Source: a virus
Taxonomy: Duplodnaviria; Caudoviricetes
IMG/VR virus record: IMGVR_UViG_3300002098_000034
Coordinates: 3,186 to 67,185 of that record
DNA: 64,000 bases
Strand: one strand, 5' to 3'
This document shows, one piece after another, positions 56,191 through 64,000 of the stretch; within the stretch, counting starts at the first letter, position 1; each line of letters begins with the position of its first letter. The notes under the pieces were generated by a model, which was not told where the DNA came from, ran no database searches, and saw nothing but the letters and a program-made list of their open reading frames with translations. The position numbers were made by a program, and so were the translations under genes.

Positions 56191-57500
56191 TACTTCCAGT
56201 CGGTACAGTAACCAAATTTCTTTAACTTTGCCAAACCCTTTTCACATTTCTCACCAATATCTGTACGATACTGTGGATCATTACCAAGTTTAACTTTCTT
56301 AACATTCTCATATGCTTCATCTTTGGCTTCGGAGATTGAATCTCCACATCCAGTTAATACGATGATGTATGAACCAGCAGTACCGAGTTCGGGAATGTTC
56401 TCACAGAGTTCACCATCGATCATCTTGACGGTCTTAGAAAGTTTCATTTCACATGGATGTAAATGTTTGTGTGGAACTCCTTCAGTTAATACAGGGAAGT
56501 CCAAATATTCATCTTCATCTTTCTTATTGAATGGGAAGTCTGAGTTAGCCATAACAACACCAACACAGGTTTTATATTCAACTTCAAGTGTGTTTTTACC
56601 TTTGATGCAGTCCAACATCCATTCAGCAGGATCCTCATTCTTCATGAGTGGTTGCATAATATTCCACATAGGATATCCAGGTCGTGCGGTCCACTCCATC
56701 GGCCAAGGCGTACCATCTTTTTCATCGATGATACAATTCATGTCGAGCATGCCAACATAACCAATCTTGTGTAATTCTTCGGCCATTGGCGTCATGAGAA
56801 TATCAGCAATCTTGGATTGTTTAGTGTAACGAGTAACAGTACCCATTTCACCTGTGTTCACACCAAGGTCACCATTCATCTGCTTCTTGAATTCCCAACC
56901 TTCACACCAAAAGTCCATCCAACCGGCAGGACCGAATATACCAGTTACAGCAATTTCTGTACCAGCTTTAAATTCTTGGAGAATAAAGTAAGGAGAACCC
57001 TTACCTTTTTCTTTGCGCTTAGTTAAGAAACCAATGAGGTCGGCTTCATCTTTGGCAACATACGAAAGAGATTTATCTTCTTCTTCACCACAAGGTTTAC
57101 AGACATAACGCTTTGGGTTCTCTTTAACAAACGAGATAGCTTGGTCGTAATTTTTGAATTCGTGGGAAGGAATAATGGGGCCACCAAATGCTTTAATAAC
57201 ATCTTGGCCATACATGCGGTCTAATTCTAACTTAGCTGCCTTTTTACCTGGTCCAAATACTGGATAACCTTTTTTGATTAGGTCATCAATATCATCCATG
57301 AACTCTAGGTTATCAGCACTAAAAATTAGGTCAGCAACCTTAACATACTGTTTCCAGTTGGTGACTTTATCTACTAAACCTTGGCCAATATGAGAGGATC
57401 TAGATCCTTTTGTATAGAGTTTAACAGTATGTCCAGCTGCAACACAGCGTAAACACCAATCTAATGTGAGACCTGATGGGTCGATGACTAAAATAAACAT
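56187..57500 (-). CDS. PurD-like ATP-grasp ligase
   Basis: PVFGP..KAA.LELDR..G, VCKP.G, ILQEF..G.E, KK.MNGDLG.NTGEMG, EWTAR.G.P, YRTDIG; AATAAATA at 57534-57541. Confidence 0.85.
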   Translation of the reverse strand: MFILVIDPSGLTLDWCLRCVAAGHTVKLYTKGSRSSHIGQGLVDKVTNWKQYVKVADLIFSADNLEFMDDIDDLIKKGYPVFGPGKKAAKLELDRMYGQDVIKAFGGPIIPSHEFKNYDQAISFVKENPKRYVCKPCGEEEDKSLSYVAKDEADLIGFLTKRKEKGKGSPYFILQEFKAGTEIAVTGIFGPAGWMDFWCEGWEFKKQMNGDLGVNTGEMGTVTRYTKQSKIADILMTPMAEELHKIGYVGMLDMNCIIDEKDGTPWPMEWTARPGYPMWNIMQPLMKNEDPAEWMLDCIKGKNTLEVEYKTCVGVVMANSDFPFNKKDEDEYLDFPVLTEGVPHKHLHPCEMKLSKTVKMIDGELCENIPELGTAGSYIIVLTGCGDSISEAKDEAYENVKKVKLGNDPQYRTDIGEKCEKGLAKLKKFGYCTDWKY

Positions 57501-57536
57501 GGGATTCCTATGAAAGATTGAAGATTATCCCTTTAT

Positions 57537-57779
57537 TTATTCTTTTGGGATCGGCGTTCCTGTAAATAATTTCTCTGTGAATTCATCCAAATCATCAAAA
57601 ACCACATCCCTTTCGAGTGTTAGGTGTTTGTTATCATCTAGATAACCCGATTTCTGTAAGAAATTGGTCACATTAGCAAGAATATGGAACAGTTCTTCTG
57701 TTTCAAACTCATGTACAAACTTTGAGGATCCCCCGAAAGGGATGGCATCATCTTCACAGATTAGTTTGAATCGACTCAT
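57537..57779 (-). CDS. Hypothetical protein
   Basis: ORF with ATGA overlap to upstream gene. Confidence 0.65.
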   Translation of the reverse strand: MSRFKLICEDDAIPFGGSSKFVHEFETEELFHILANVTNFLQKSGYLDDNKHLTLERDVVFDDLDEFTEKLFTGTPIPKE

Positions 57780-58081
57780 AAAGTTGGGATTTTGATTGGC
57801 TCTTTTGTAACACCAGCAGAGATGCGGCCGTTGACCTTAGCAACATCGGTAGCAGATACAGTTTGCATAGCAAATTGCTTAAACATTGCATATGAATCAC
57901 GAACCTTCATTGCACGCTTACCACCAACAGCAGCGCCATCAGCAAAGAAGATATCACAACCATCATCAACAAGACGACCATTAACCAACTTTTGCTTAGG
58001 TGCAACTTCTAATACTGATTCTAGGTTAATAATAATATTACAATTCTTCTCTAGATCAAAAATTTCCACAAATAAACTCAT
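57776..58081 (-). CDS. Hypothetical protein
   Basis: ORF in tightly overlapping run. Confidence 0.65.
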   Translation of the reverse strand: MSLFVEIFDLEKNCNIIINLESVLEVAPKQKLVNGRLVDDGCDIFFADGAAVGGKRAMKVRDSYAMFKQFAMQTVSATDVAKVNGRISAGVTKEPIKIPTL

Positions 58082-58245
58082 TTCACTTCTCCTTTAGGTT
58101 CACGAATTTTAGCCAATTTGGCATTTTTCTCAGCAACTTCTGCTTGTATTAACATACCTTTCCAATGGCTACGTTTTTCAGTAGACATCATCGCAAGTGC
58201 ACGTTTACTGCTTTTACTTAGGTTAAAATCCTTATTGGTTTTCAT
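58078..58245 (-). CDS. Small basic hypothetical protein (55 aa, below ORF-track cutoff)
   Basis: MKTNKDFNLSKSSKRALAMMS...KGEVK*; ATGA overlaps at both ends. Confidence 0.6.
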   Translation of the reverse strand: MKTNKDFNLSKSSKRALAMMSTEKRSHWKGMLIQAEVAEKNAKLAKIREPKGEVK

Positions 58246-58484
58246 TTCTTATCGCAATCTTCCACTTTAATTAAATATACGGTACTACCACTATATGGTC
58301 GTACAAAAAAACATTCACCTTTGTTAGACCACACCAAATGGTTCTGAATCGAACCTTTAAACTCTCTCAAATCTGGAGGGTTTACAAAACTAGTATATGT
58401 ATTATAGGCAAAGAACCCAAGCAATAACCCACCAACAATGATGTAGATATTCTTTTTAACATAATCAATTGCTTTAGAAAACAT
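58242..58484 (-). CDS. Small membrane-anchored protein
   Basis: N-terminal hydrophobic helix, CFFVRP...DC. Confidence 0.65.
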   Translation of the reverse strand: MFSKAIDYVKKNIYIIVGGLLLGFFAYNTYTSFVNPPDLREFKGSIQNHLVWSNKGECFFVRPYSGSTVYLIKVEDCDKK

Positions 58485-58779
58485 TTATAATTCCTTTTAA
58501 ATATAGATACCATAGTGTAACACAAAACACGGCAACAGTCAATAGACCAATGGTAAACTTAACAGAAGTTTCTCGGTAATATTCCACTTCCAACTGTCGC
58601 ATATCTCTTTGTGCCTCTAGCATATAATTGTCGGGGTCATTCATCATGCGAATAGTTTCCTCAGCCATAGCCAAAGATTTCTTCGCATTGTAATAGTCAA
58701 TATAAGGTATCATTTCTCTTGTGCCTTTCTTAGCTTGTCCCATGAGTGCTGGTATTATTTCCAACAACTTGTCTACCAA
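58474..58779 (-). CDS. Small protein with C-terminal transmembrane helix
   Basis: ORF; true start uncertain. Confidence 0.55.
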   Translation of the reverse strand: MVDKLLEIIPALMGQAKKGTREMIPYIDYYNAKKSLAMAEETIRMMNDPDNYMLEAQRDMRQLEVEYYRETSVKFTIGLLTVAVFCVTLWYLYLKGIINVF

Positions 58780-58990
58780 ATTCTTCCCATAAACTTAACT
58801 TAGCTTTCAACGATTCTATTTCAGCTTGTGCTTCTTTAAGTTTTCTTTCAAGAATGTATGAGTAGTCATCGGCTATTTTTAAATCTACTTGTTGCTGGCG
58901 TAGCTTGGTGGCGACTTCATCAATCCAGCCGTCTGTATAACCATACTTTTTCATGGATTCCGCTTTATCAGCTAGTTCATTTGCGTTCAT
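58730..58990 (-). CDS. MNANELAD repeat-family protein
   Basis: MNANELAD...ATKLRQQQ...QAEIESLKAK. Confidence 0.7.
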   Translation of the reverse strand: MNANELADKAESMKKYGYTDGWIDEVATKLRQQQVDLKIADDYSYILERKLKEAQAEIESLKAKLSLWEEFGRQVVGNNTSTHGTS

Positions 58991-58993
58991 AAT

Positions 58994-59656
58994 TTAATCC
59001 CAAAGGTGGCTGTAATAGCGTCCAAATAATCTAAATCCATTTGCTTTACGCTTTTGGTGTTCTTTCAAACCTTTCCGATTTACTTTGAGTTTGGATTGAG
59101 ATTTAGTCATATCATCAAACCATTCTTTGTGGTTAGTTTTACTTCCATCAGGTTTATCATATGCAGAATGGTCAAAGAAAGCCGACTCATCATCATCTTT
59201 GAGTTCTTGTTCAAATGCCCAAATCATTTCATCGAGAATATAATCCCATCTTTGAAAATGAAACTCATCAGTATCCCATTCATTCTCTTTGGGTGGCGCA
59301 GAGGTACTCTTTAATTCTTTTGGTACATCCTTATCATCGGTAAATGGAGCGCCATGCTTGGTTTCTTTTAATTGCTTGAGCATTGGTAAAATGATATGAG
59401 CCAAGGTATGATCCATTGACCAAGTATCCCAACGGTCAAGTTTCACATAATTAAAACGAGGATGTACAAAATCAAGAACCTTTTGTATTACTTGGCAAAT
59501 CGGATCTAAAAAGTTAACCCATTTCTCATATGGATTATTAACTTCTTCTTTGAGGTTGTAAATGCGATCCTCATCTTTCTCCCAAAAGCAAACCTTTTTA
59601 AGGATTACATATGGAGAAATCCAATGGTTTCTGTAATTGCTAAGCCACACTTTCAT
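58994..59656 (-). CDS. Conserved T4-like phage hypothetical protein
   Basis: D.WDTWSMD.TLA.IILP.LKQLK....G.P, WD..LDEMIWAFE, NGFRLFG.YY..LWD. Confidence 0.75.
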   Translation of the reverse strand: MKVWLSNYRNHWISPYVILKKVCFWEKDEDRIYNLKEEVNNPYEKWVNFLDPICQVIQKVLDFVHPRFNYVKLDRWDTWSMDHTLAHIILPMLKQLKETKHGAPFTDDKDVPKELKSTSAPPKENEWDTDEFHFQRWDYILDEMIWAFEQELKDDDESAFFDHSAYDKPDGSKTNHKEWFDDMTKSQSKLKVNRKGLKEHQKRKANGFRLFGRYYSHLWD

Positions 59657-59908
59657 TTAAAACTCCCAGGTTTTCTTTATTGTTACTTCAACATCGGTTG
59701 GTTTAGGTGAATCATTAGTCAAGTGGTCATCTTCAACTCGCTTAATATCAATACTCACACCATTACAAGAACACCAACTAGGTAATTTACCACAAGTATC
59801 ACAATGTTTTGATTTTGATTCACCAAATATAGCATCAAAGCTTTTATTAAAATCTTCTTTTGATACTGCATACGGTCTTGCGTTACTACCTTTGCCGCCA
59901 TCACTCAT
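59657..59908 (-). CDS. Small hypothetical with Cys cluster
   Basis: GGKGS..RP, F...FDAIFG, CDTCGKLPSWCSC. Confidence 0.65.
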   Translation of the reverse strand: MSDGGKGSNARPYAVSKEDFNKSFDAIFGESKSKHCDTCGKLPSWCSCNGVSIDIKRVEDDHLTNDSPKPTDVEVTIKKTWEF

Positions 59909-60078
59909 TGTTTATTTCTTTCAGAATGCCACTTACACAAACCTTTATAATAGTCTACATCTTTTTCCAATTGTTCTACTTGGTTTTGTAAGATATCGAC
60001 AATGGGTGGTTGTTGTTCTTTTTTTAGTAAATATCCAAACACCATACCAAGAGCAAGCGCACATAGTAATTCAATCAT
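59905..60078 (-). CDS. Small membrane protein (57 aa, below cutoff)
   Basis: MIELLCALALGMVFGYLLKK...coiled coil; ATGA overlaps. Confidence 0.55.
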   Translation of the reverse strand: MIELLCALALGMVFGYLLKKEQQPPIVDILQNQVEQLEKDVDYYKGLCKWHSERNKQ

Positions 60079-60677
60079 AGTTCTTTCACCTGTTCTATCA
60101 TAGTCTGAATCTTTTCTTGCCTTTCTAAAATACAGAAAAACAATCTCAAAGTATTCAAAGCATCCACATCAGCACGATGGGCTTCACCTTGAAACTTCAT
60201 TTTAAAGGTATTCATCGCAGAACTCAAGCCACCGGCCGGTCTTTTACCATTTGCCAGTAATCTTAAAACATACCAAGTCTTTACATCAATCCAACGATGT
60301 CCAAAGAATGGGAAAGGAATGTTTCTATCTACCATTTCCTTTTTTAACTCGGATGAATCTCCACCACCCCATGTAACGGGATTAACAAATGGTTTATATA
60401 GTTTCATCATATCACCAAATTCTTCGGCAAACTGTTGGTGAGTCACCGACTTGGTAACCACATCTTCATCAGTAATGCCAGTTAATCTGGTAATAAAAGG
60501 AAAGATTGGCGCATGTGGATCAAAATACCACTTGCGAGTAATGAAATTGTTGTTGATGTAGTTTGCATAGTTACCAACAGCCACACCCACCTGAATAATC
60601 GGTGGGTTGGGTGTAGAACCATCTTCGGCATTATTGAGTTCTAAGTCAAGTGCCAAGTATACATCATTTCTGTTCAT
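60075..60677 (-). CDS. DEDDh (DnaQ-like) 3'-5' exonuclease
   Basis: ALDLE, IIQVG, I..LTGIT, TWGGGD, W.DVKT, HRADVDA. Confidence 0.85.
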   Translation of the reverse strand: MNRNDVYLALDLELNNAEDGSTPNPPIIQVGVAVGNYANYINNNFITRKWYFDPHAPIFPFITRLTGITDEDVVTKSVTHQQFAEEFGDMMKLYKPFVNPVTWGGGDSSELKKEMVDRNIPFPFFGHRWIDVKTWYVLRLLANGKRPAGGLSSAMNTFKMKFQGEAHRADVDALNTLRLFFCILERQEKIQTMIEQVKEL

Positions 60678-60793
60678 TTCTTTTTCCTTTTCCTTCTATG
60701 TTCCATATCTTTTTGAATAATGATACCACCAAAGTAAATTAAGACTGTTAAATAAAGAACAATTAAACATCCATAAATAATTAAGTCCATCAT
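60674..60793 (-). CDS. Tiny membrane protein
   Basis: MMDLIIYGCLIVLYLTVLIYFGGIIIQKDMEHRRKRKKK*; ATGA overlaps. Confidence 0.5.
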   Translation of the reverse strand: MMDLIIYGCLIVLYLTVLIYFGGIIIQKDMEHRRKRKKK

Positions 60794-60978
60794 TTCTCTT
60801 GTGCCTTTTTTAGTATTGCTTGAATACATTGCAAGTGAAGCCAATCAAAGTTTTCAACATCAAAATATTCGCCATAAACCGATTTTATTTCCTCATCTGT
60901 TAGCTCTTTGAGCTTTTCTTCTTTGGCTTTTTGGAGTAAATTATAATCTTCTTGACTAACATGCCTTGTTACCATCAT
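60790..60978 (-). CDS. Small hypothetical (LTDEEI...AILKKAQEK)
   Basis: C-terminal ILKKAQEK resembles IIRKSQEQ of ORF 63817. Confidence 0.6.
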   Translation of the reverse strand: MMVTRHVSQEDYNLLQKAKEEKLKELTDEEIKSVYGEYFDVENFDWLHLQCIQAILKKAQEK

Positions 60979-61907
60979 ACCTCCAAATATTTCAATTGAA
61001 AGAAGTTTGCACCACTTTCATAACCAATGTAACCACGGGGATTGCAAACGACTTGAGTATCACCTACCCAATAATTGCTCATATTGTGCATATGACCATG
61101 AGTCCACAATTTAATTTGTGGCCTCTCTATAATTAGGTCAGATAAATCAGAAGCAAAGGCACCATTCATTAGTGTATCATGTTTATACCATTCAGCAACA
61201 CTTTCAAATGTTGGTGCATGGTGTGTACAAACCACAAACTTTTTCGACTTATCAGCAACAGCAATCTTGATATAATCTACCGCCTTATCATGGTCTTGAA
61301 TAGAATCTTCAACCGAAAACCTAGAATCTTTCTCATAATGGTCAACTCTATCAATAACCAATTCACCATTTGCATCTTTTAATAGTGTACCAGAGTTATC
61401 CGGATTCTTCACATAGATTACATTCTTGTGATGTGTCTTACGATTACTATTCTTGATTAACTGGAAATCGTTCATCTTCTGTCCACAATGCCATCTTGTC
61501 AATGAATCATCTTTGTTCATATCAGTCCACAATGTGGCACCAACAAAGGTAACATCATCAAGTGTCCATGTTTCTTTTTCCAAAATGTGGATATTGGGCC
61601 AAACAGTTAATTGGTCTTTTAATGTTCTATATGTCTTAGCAATATCGTAGTCATAGGATTCATGATTTCCGAGAACATAAACGACATGTGGGAATTGAAA
61701 AGAAACTCTCTTAAAGAAATCGATTACTCTCTTTCTTTGTTCACCACCTTTTTTGAATACTTTAGCTGTGCAGATATCGCCGCTGAGTATTAATACTTCG
61801 GCATTTTCTTGATTCTGTAAGTTGATATCACCAAATTCTAAATGTAGCTAAAGGTCGGAAGCAATTGCAATACGCAAGCTTCCGACACCTTTTCCTTTCA
61901 CAATCAT
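60975..61907 (-). CDS. Calcineurin-like metallophosphoesterase interrupted by in-frame TAG (61848-61850)
   Basis: Single frame: RIAIASDL*LHLE, LSGDI, LGNHE, VCTHH, THGHMH, VCNPRGY; ORF track only shows the part from TTG 61583. Confidence 0.85.
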
Positions 61908-61967
61908 AATATCTTCCAATCTTTATATGTTATACCGTGGTTAATCATTTCTGATACACCACCCCTA

Positions 61968-62402
61968 TTAATCTACTGTTTCCTTTTCTTTACAAAACTC
62001 CGTAAACTCTTTTACATTACCCTTGAAGATACTTTCGTGTGTATCACCACTCATGCCAAAGAAATTACAACCACAATTATATACTTCAATTGTTAATTCA
62101 TTACCATTTACATAAATTTCATATTCGTAATCCTGACCACAATCCTTGGCAGTTACGGGATACATATAAAATCCTCCAGCAGATTGTTTGAAATGAGCAA
62201 CTAATTGAGCAGCCAAACATCCGGCACCATTGAAGAAAGTTCCTTCTTCACCCAATCTTAAACCGTTTACAATTTTACCATTAGATAAAAACTCAGCCAA
62301 CTCTTGGCCATGACCAGTAGGATATCCATCAAACTGGCGGTAAAAATTAAGGATTTGTTCACCGTGTTCATCGAATACTTTGGTTAAACTGCGTGTACCC
62401 AT
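61968..62402 (-). CDS. Conserved phage hypothetical protein
   Basis: MGTRSLT...YRQFDGYP.GHG..L..FL, NG.GCLAAQLV..FK, DYEY; start at ATG 62402 after AAGGAG. Confidence 0.8.
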   Translation of the reverse strand: MGTRSLTKVFDEHGEQILNFYRQFDGYPTGHGQELAEFLSNGKIVNGLRLGEEGTFFNGAGCLAAQLVAHFKQSAGGFYMYPVTAKDCGQDYEYEIYVNGNELTIEVYNCGCNFFGMSGDTHESIFKGNVKEFTEFCKEKETVD

Positions 62403-62433
62403 AATATAATGCTCCTTGTCAATTAGAACTACC

Positions 62434-62461
62434 ATTATAACACAACTGGAGATAAGGTCAA
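62434..62461 (-). promoter_or_regulatory. Sigma70-type promoter
   Basis: TTGACC-16 nt-TATAAT upstream of SD and ATG 62402. Confidence 0.7.
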
Positions 62462-62495
62462 GAACTATTTTTGGTTTGTTGCTAAAAAACAACGT

Positions 62496-63002
62496 TTACC
62501 CGTGGTTGGCGTACTCACCATGCTGAGTTTCACGAAATTCTTTAACTACTTTTTCTGCTTCTTCTTTTGTTTTAAAAGGTCCAAAATTATACCATTTTCC
62601 AAATTTGCTACATCCGGCAGTCCATCGTTTTCTGGTTTTATGCCAATATACACCTTTTATACCGGATGTATTATTACTATTGATTTTTCTATTATGTTGG
62701 TTTTGTGATTGAGTTACATCTCTTAGATTTTGAATTGTATTATTACTGGTATTTCCATCAATATGATCAACTATTTTTGGTATATAACCATGGTGATACA
62801 TAAAAATTATTCTATGTGTTCTATAACTTTTATAGTTAATTTTCATCACACTATAACCCCGACTATTGATTGTTCCTACAATAGAATTCTTTTTAATTTT
62901 CTCTGAAGGTGAAACTTTCCAATATAGTTGTCCATCACAGTACTCAAAAAGTTCCTGTAATAGTTCTTGGCTTATCGTGAATAGGTTTGAATATATAATC
63001 AT
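62496..63002 (-). mobile_element. Free-standing HNH-AP2 homing endonuclease
   Basis: HRII..YHHG, VDHIDG...NN...NLR.VT..QN..N, NTSG.KGV.W, W.A, G.F.T.EEA. Confidence 0.92.
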
Positions 63003-63068
63003 GCTGGCATCGTCCTATGATGTTAGAGTAGGCAGGGATGGCAATCCCGTGGCCTACACCTATTTATG
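63003..63068 (-). promoter_or_regulatory. Late promoter plus structured leader of HNH gene
   Basis: CATAAATA; stem GTAGG/CCTAC enclosing GGGAT/ATCCC; TCTAACA; AGGA; CAGC-ATG. Confidence 0.75.
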
Positions 63069-63282
63069 CCACGATAATCAATTTACCAATACCTGTGTAT
63101 TCTTCTATCGCATGTTTTAATTGTTTTGATGAAGCTTTGGGAGCTATAAAAACATAGTCCAGTTCAGGATTTACATCATTACTGGAGAGAGTTTGATTCA
63201 AGTATAAGACCGCCTCTTTGGCGTCTAGAAATTCTTTCATACCAGTATTATTAAACAATCTTGGTTTAGCGATATACTTCAT
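63064..63282 (-). CDS. Hypothetical protein
   Basis: ORF; its TAA lies inside the HNH late promoter. Confidence 0.65.
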   Translation of the reverse strand: MKYIAKPRLFNNTGMKEFLDAKEAVLYLNQTLSSNDVNPELDYVFIAPKASSKQLKHAIEEYTGIGKLIIVA

Positions 63283-63563
63283 TATTTTGACTTTCTAATT
63301 TGATTAAGGTTCCAACCTACAACACCGATATACACAAACACCAATAAGAGTAGCGCAACGGGTAAAATTTCTGCTAATATAATACCAAAGGTAATCATTA
63401 AAAGAACTTTACTAACCAAAATCTTATGCATACCAAATCGGTGAAACAAAGAATTCATAACAGGATTTAATTCTTTACCACCTTGATTTAAAATCTTTTC
63501 TGTCGTTAATAAATCACCAATTTGTAAGGCTCCAAATAAAACAATCAGTATTAGTTCCATCAT
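63282..63563 (-). CDS. Small membrane protein (DUF5658-like)
   Basis: LQ..D..TT...L..GG.ELNPVM..L, three hydrophobic segments. Confidence 0.65.
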   Translation of the reverse strand: MMELILIVLFGALQIGDLLTTEKILNQGGKELNPVMNSLFHRFGMHKILVSKVLLMITFGIILAEILPVALLLLVFVYIGVVGWNLNQIRKSK

Positions 63564-63820
63564 TTCTTACTCCATCCGTGTAATGATTCTTTCCATTCTT
63601 TACATTGTTTCACTTCAGCTTTCAACGCTTCTATTTCAGCTTGTAATTTATAAATCTCTGCTACATCTTCCTTTTTAGATTCTCGACAAGCATCTAATTG
63701 TGATTGTAACTGGCGTAGCATGGTGGCGGCTGATTGTTTAATAAAGGCGTTAATCTTTCCTGTTGTCTGTGCTTTGGATTGAAGTAAGCCAATCAAAACA
63801 GTTATTTCATTTGCGTTCAT
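63560..63820 (-). CDS. MNANE repeat-family protein
   Basis: MNANE...AATMLRQLQ...LQAEIEALKAE. Confidence 0.7.
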   Translation of the reverse strand: MNANEITVLIGLLQSKAQTTGKINAFIKQSAATMLRQLQSQLDACRESKKEDVAEIYKLQAEIEALKAEVKQCKEWKESLHGWSKK

Positions 63821-64000
63821 TGCTCTTGTGACTTTCTTATTATTAATCTAGTTGCCTTGAGCAATGCTTTACACATTTGCTCGTTATCAGCTTTCAAACC
63901 TTCTATTTCAGCTTGTTGCTGGCGTAGCATGGGTTCTGTATTCAAATCTATTCCAGCTTTTAAACCAGCGTTGTATCCTTGGTTATAAGCCAATAGTTCA
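63817..64000 (-). CDS. MNANE repeat-family protein, 5' end outside window
   Basis: ELLAYNQGYNAGLKAGIDLNTEPMLRQQQAEIEGLKADNEQMCKALLKATRLIIRKSQEQ*; ATGA overlap. Confidence 0.65.
   Translation of the reverse strand, partial: ELLAYNQGYNAGLKAGIDLNTEPMLRQQQAEIEGLKADNEQMCKALLKATRLIIRKSQEQ

Noticed and set aside
56187-57500. Calling the ATP-grasp purD
   Set aside because: Motifs diverge and no other purine genes are present; symbol withheld.
61848-61850. TAG reassigned to an amino acid (alternative genetic code)
   Set aside because: TAG works as a stop elsewhere (gp13 ends TAG at 4266 three nt before gp14; GIY-YIG ends TAG), no other gene here has internal TAG, and insertion of a residue would break the DxH motif.
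1-64000. tRNA or rRNA genes
   Set aside because: No cloverleaf with T-loop GTTCRA/CCA signature seen in the few intergenic gaps; tRNAscan-SE not run.

Overview
64 kb of a T4-like (Tevenvirinae/Kyanoviridae-type gene order) myophage genome, AT-rich and mostly on the minus strand, probably from a freshwater Betaproteobacteria-infecting phage (inferred from a Bug/TctC gene). 1-37.5 kb is a late structural block: terminase gp17 (with an Ala1 class-3-type LAGLIDADG intein) and gp16, neck/tail completion gp15-14-13, several long fibre genes, a DUF4815-type giant protein, and baseplate gp8/7/6/25/5(split)/hub/53/48. 37.5-42.7 kb is a plus-strand block: gp4, gp2, gp54-like, gp26-gp51 and two hub/tape-measure-like proteins, one with a GH19 domain. 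42.7-47.9 kb holds a GIY-YIG endonuclease inserted at the 3' end of gp32, then gp32, a nucleotidase, gp59, gp33, a SleB-type hydrolase and two nucleases. 48-54.5 kb is an accessory operon behind a late promoter: a 19-Cys peptide, a radical SAM-SPASM enzyme, two unknowns, a PP-loop ATPase, a Bug solute-binding protein and a B12-type radical SAM. This is the best candidate for an undescribed system, possibly phage RiPP-like or virion-protein modification. 54.5-64 kb has PhoH, a DenV-like protein, a PurD-like ATP-grasp, an exonuclease, a phosphoesterase interrupted by CTT-TAG-CTA (candidate ribosomal stop-hop), an HNH endonuclease and a repeated small-gene family. Other highlights: a likely programmed -1 frameshift fusing gp26 to gp51, and a covarying structured leader shared by two unrelated homing endonuclease genes. 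All assignments come from motif recognition by eye; no database search was run.
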